64,000 nt of DNA from Octopus vulgaris. Lineage: Eukaryota. The notes under the pieces were generated by a model. That model searched no databases and was not told the origin of the DNA. It was given only the letters and a program-made list of their open reading frames with translations. This document shows, piece after piece, positions 63,135 through 64,000 of this stretch (the first letter of the stretch is position 1; each line of letters opens with the position of its first letter). The translations under genes and the position numbers were made by a program. The stretch is from NCBI GenBank assembly GCA_951406725.2, contig OX597815.1:114018001-114082000 (forward strand). Reading direction: 5' to 3'.

Positions 63135-64000
63135 GTGACTATTATAATTTATTCAATAAGATCAATTGCAATCAAAAAAGAAAATTGACTATACAATTCT
63201 AAAAGCTCCTAGTCTATGGAATTTTCTGAAAGTTTTACTTGTATTTATATTTTACTTGGAAATACCCAAAATCAAAAAGAAAATATCTCTGGTGGTGGTG
63301 TAATGATAAAAACACCCTGCTTGCTCAACAGTTAATGAGTAATCTATTGAAACTTCAGACACACATCATGTGCCAACTTCATGACATGCAGCATGTACCA
63401 TCAAGATACTTTGAAAGAAGTTGTATTACAGGTATATGTGTGGAAGAGAAAGAGAGGTTTATATACACCAAACCCTGCTTTGTAAATTTATTAAACAAAT
63501 TTTGCATATTTCATATTACATGATATAAACTCTGCATAATATAAGTAATTTTTTAATGCATTAGAAGAGGAAGAACAGTGTCAATGAAATTTTACAAGGC
63601 CTTTAAAACTAGTTGTTGTAGGGAGAAAGATTATGACACTTGGATTACTATAATGGGAAGTGGAATGTAAGAAATATTAAGTTATTTATCCTTGGAGCAG
63701 GGAGCTAGTTTGGACAGTATAAAAGCAGGCAACCAACAAGGTCTTCCACCAGTTGGATATGTGAATGCTTAATTTTAAAGTAAGTGTTGTTCACATAATC
63801 AAATATGCAACTTTCTAGTCTGGTTCAGTTGTTTTCATGAAGCCTGTATTTTGTATCTTAAGATTCTTGCTTACAAATGGATATTTATATTATATAATGA
63901 AACTTATAAATCAGATATGATACCCAGATCCATCTAGATGAGCAGAATGACCCATCCAACACATAGCAACCAGATAGACAGACGTGGATGGACATGGACA

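Overview
AT-rich animal genomic DNA. The repeat landscape suggests an octopus or other coleoid cephalopod (inference). It holds a complete minus-strand ATE1 (arginyl-tRNA--protein transferase): 10 coding exon positions, 43651 to 18837, about 478 aa, with all splice phases consistent. ATE1 sits head-to-head, with 523 bp between start codons, with the first five exons of plus-strand BCKDHB. The main finding is an exon missing from the ORF track: a second 168-nt paralogue of ATE1 exon 6 (26131-25964). It lies only 68 nt downstream of the first copy (26367-26200) and looks like a mutually exclusive exon pair, at the same protein position as the vertebrate ATE1 7A/7B pair but with a different 3' boundary. 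A further hidden terminal coding exon (14183-14345, +) ends in ...AFSEEMLAWYEDQ...PTLV*, a PDZ-binding motif, and converges on the ATE1 3' end. Introns carry CR1, Tx1/L1 and RTE LINE fragments, decayed Tc1/mariner elements, hAT and piggyBac-like MITEs, and many SINEs. They also carry an inverted pair of tRNA-headed repeats with Penelope-type hammerhead cores and several inverted repeats that could form dsRNA. All calls were made by eye, with no database searches.
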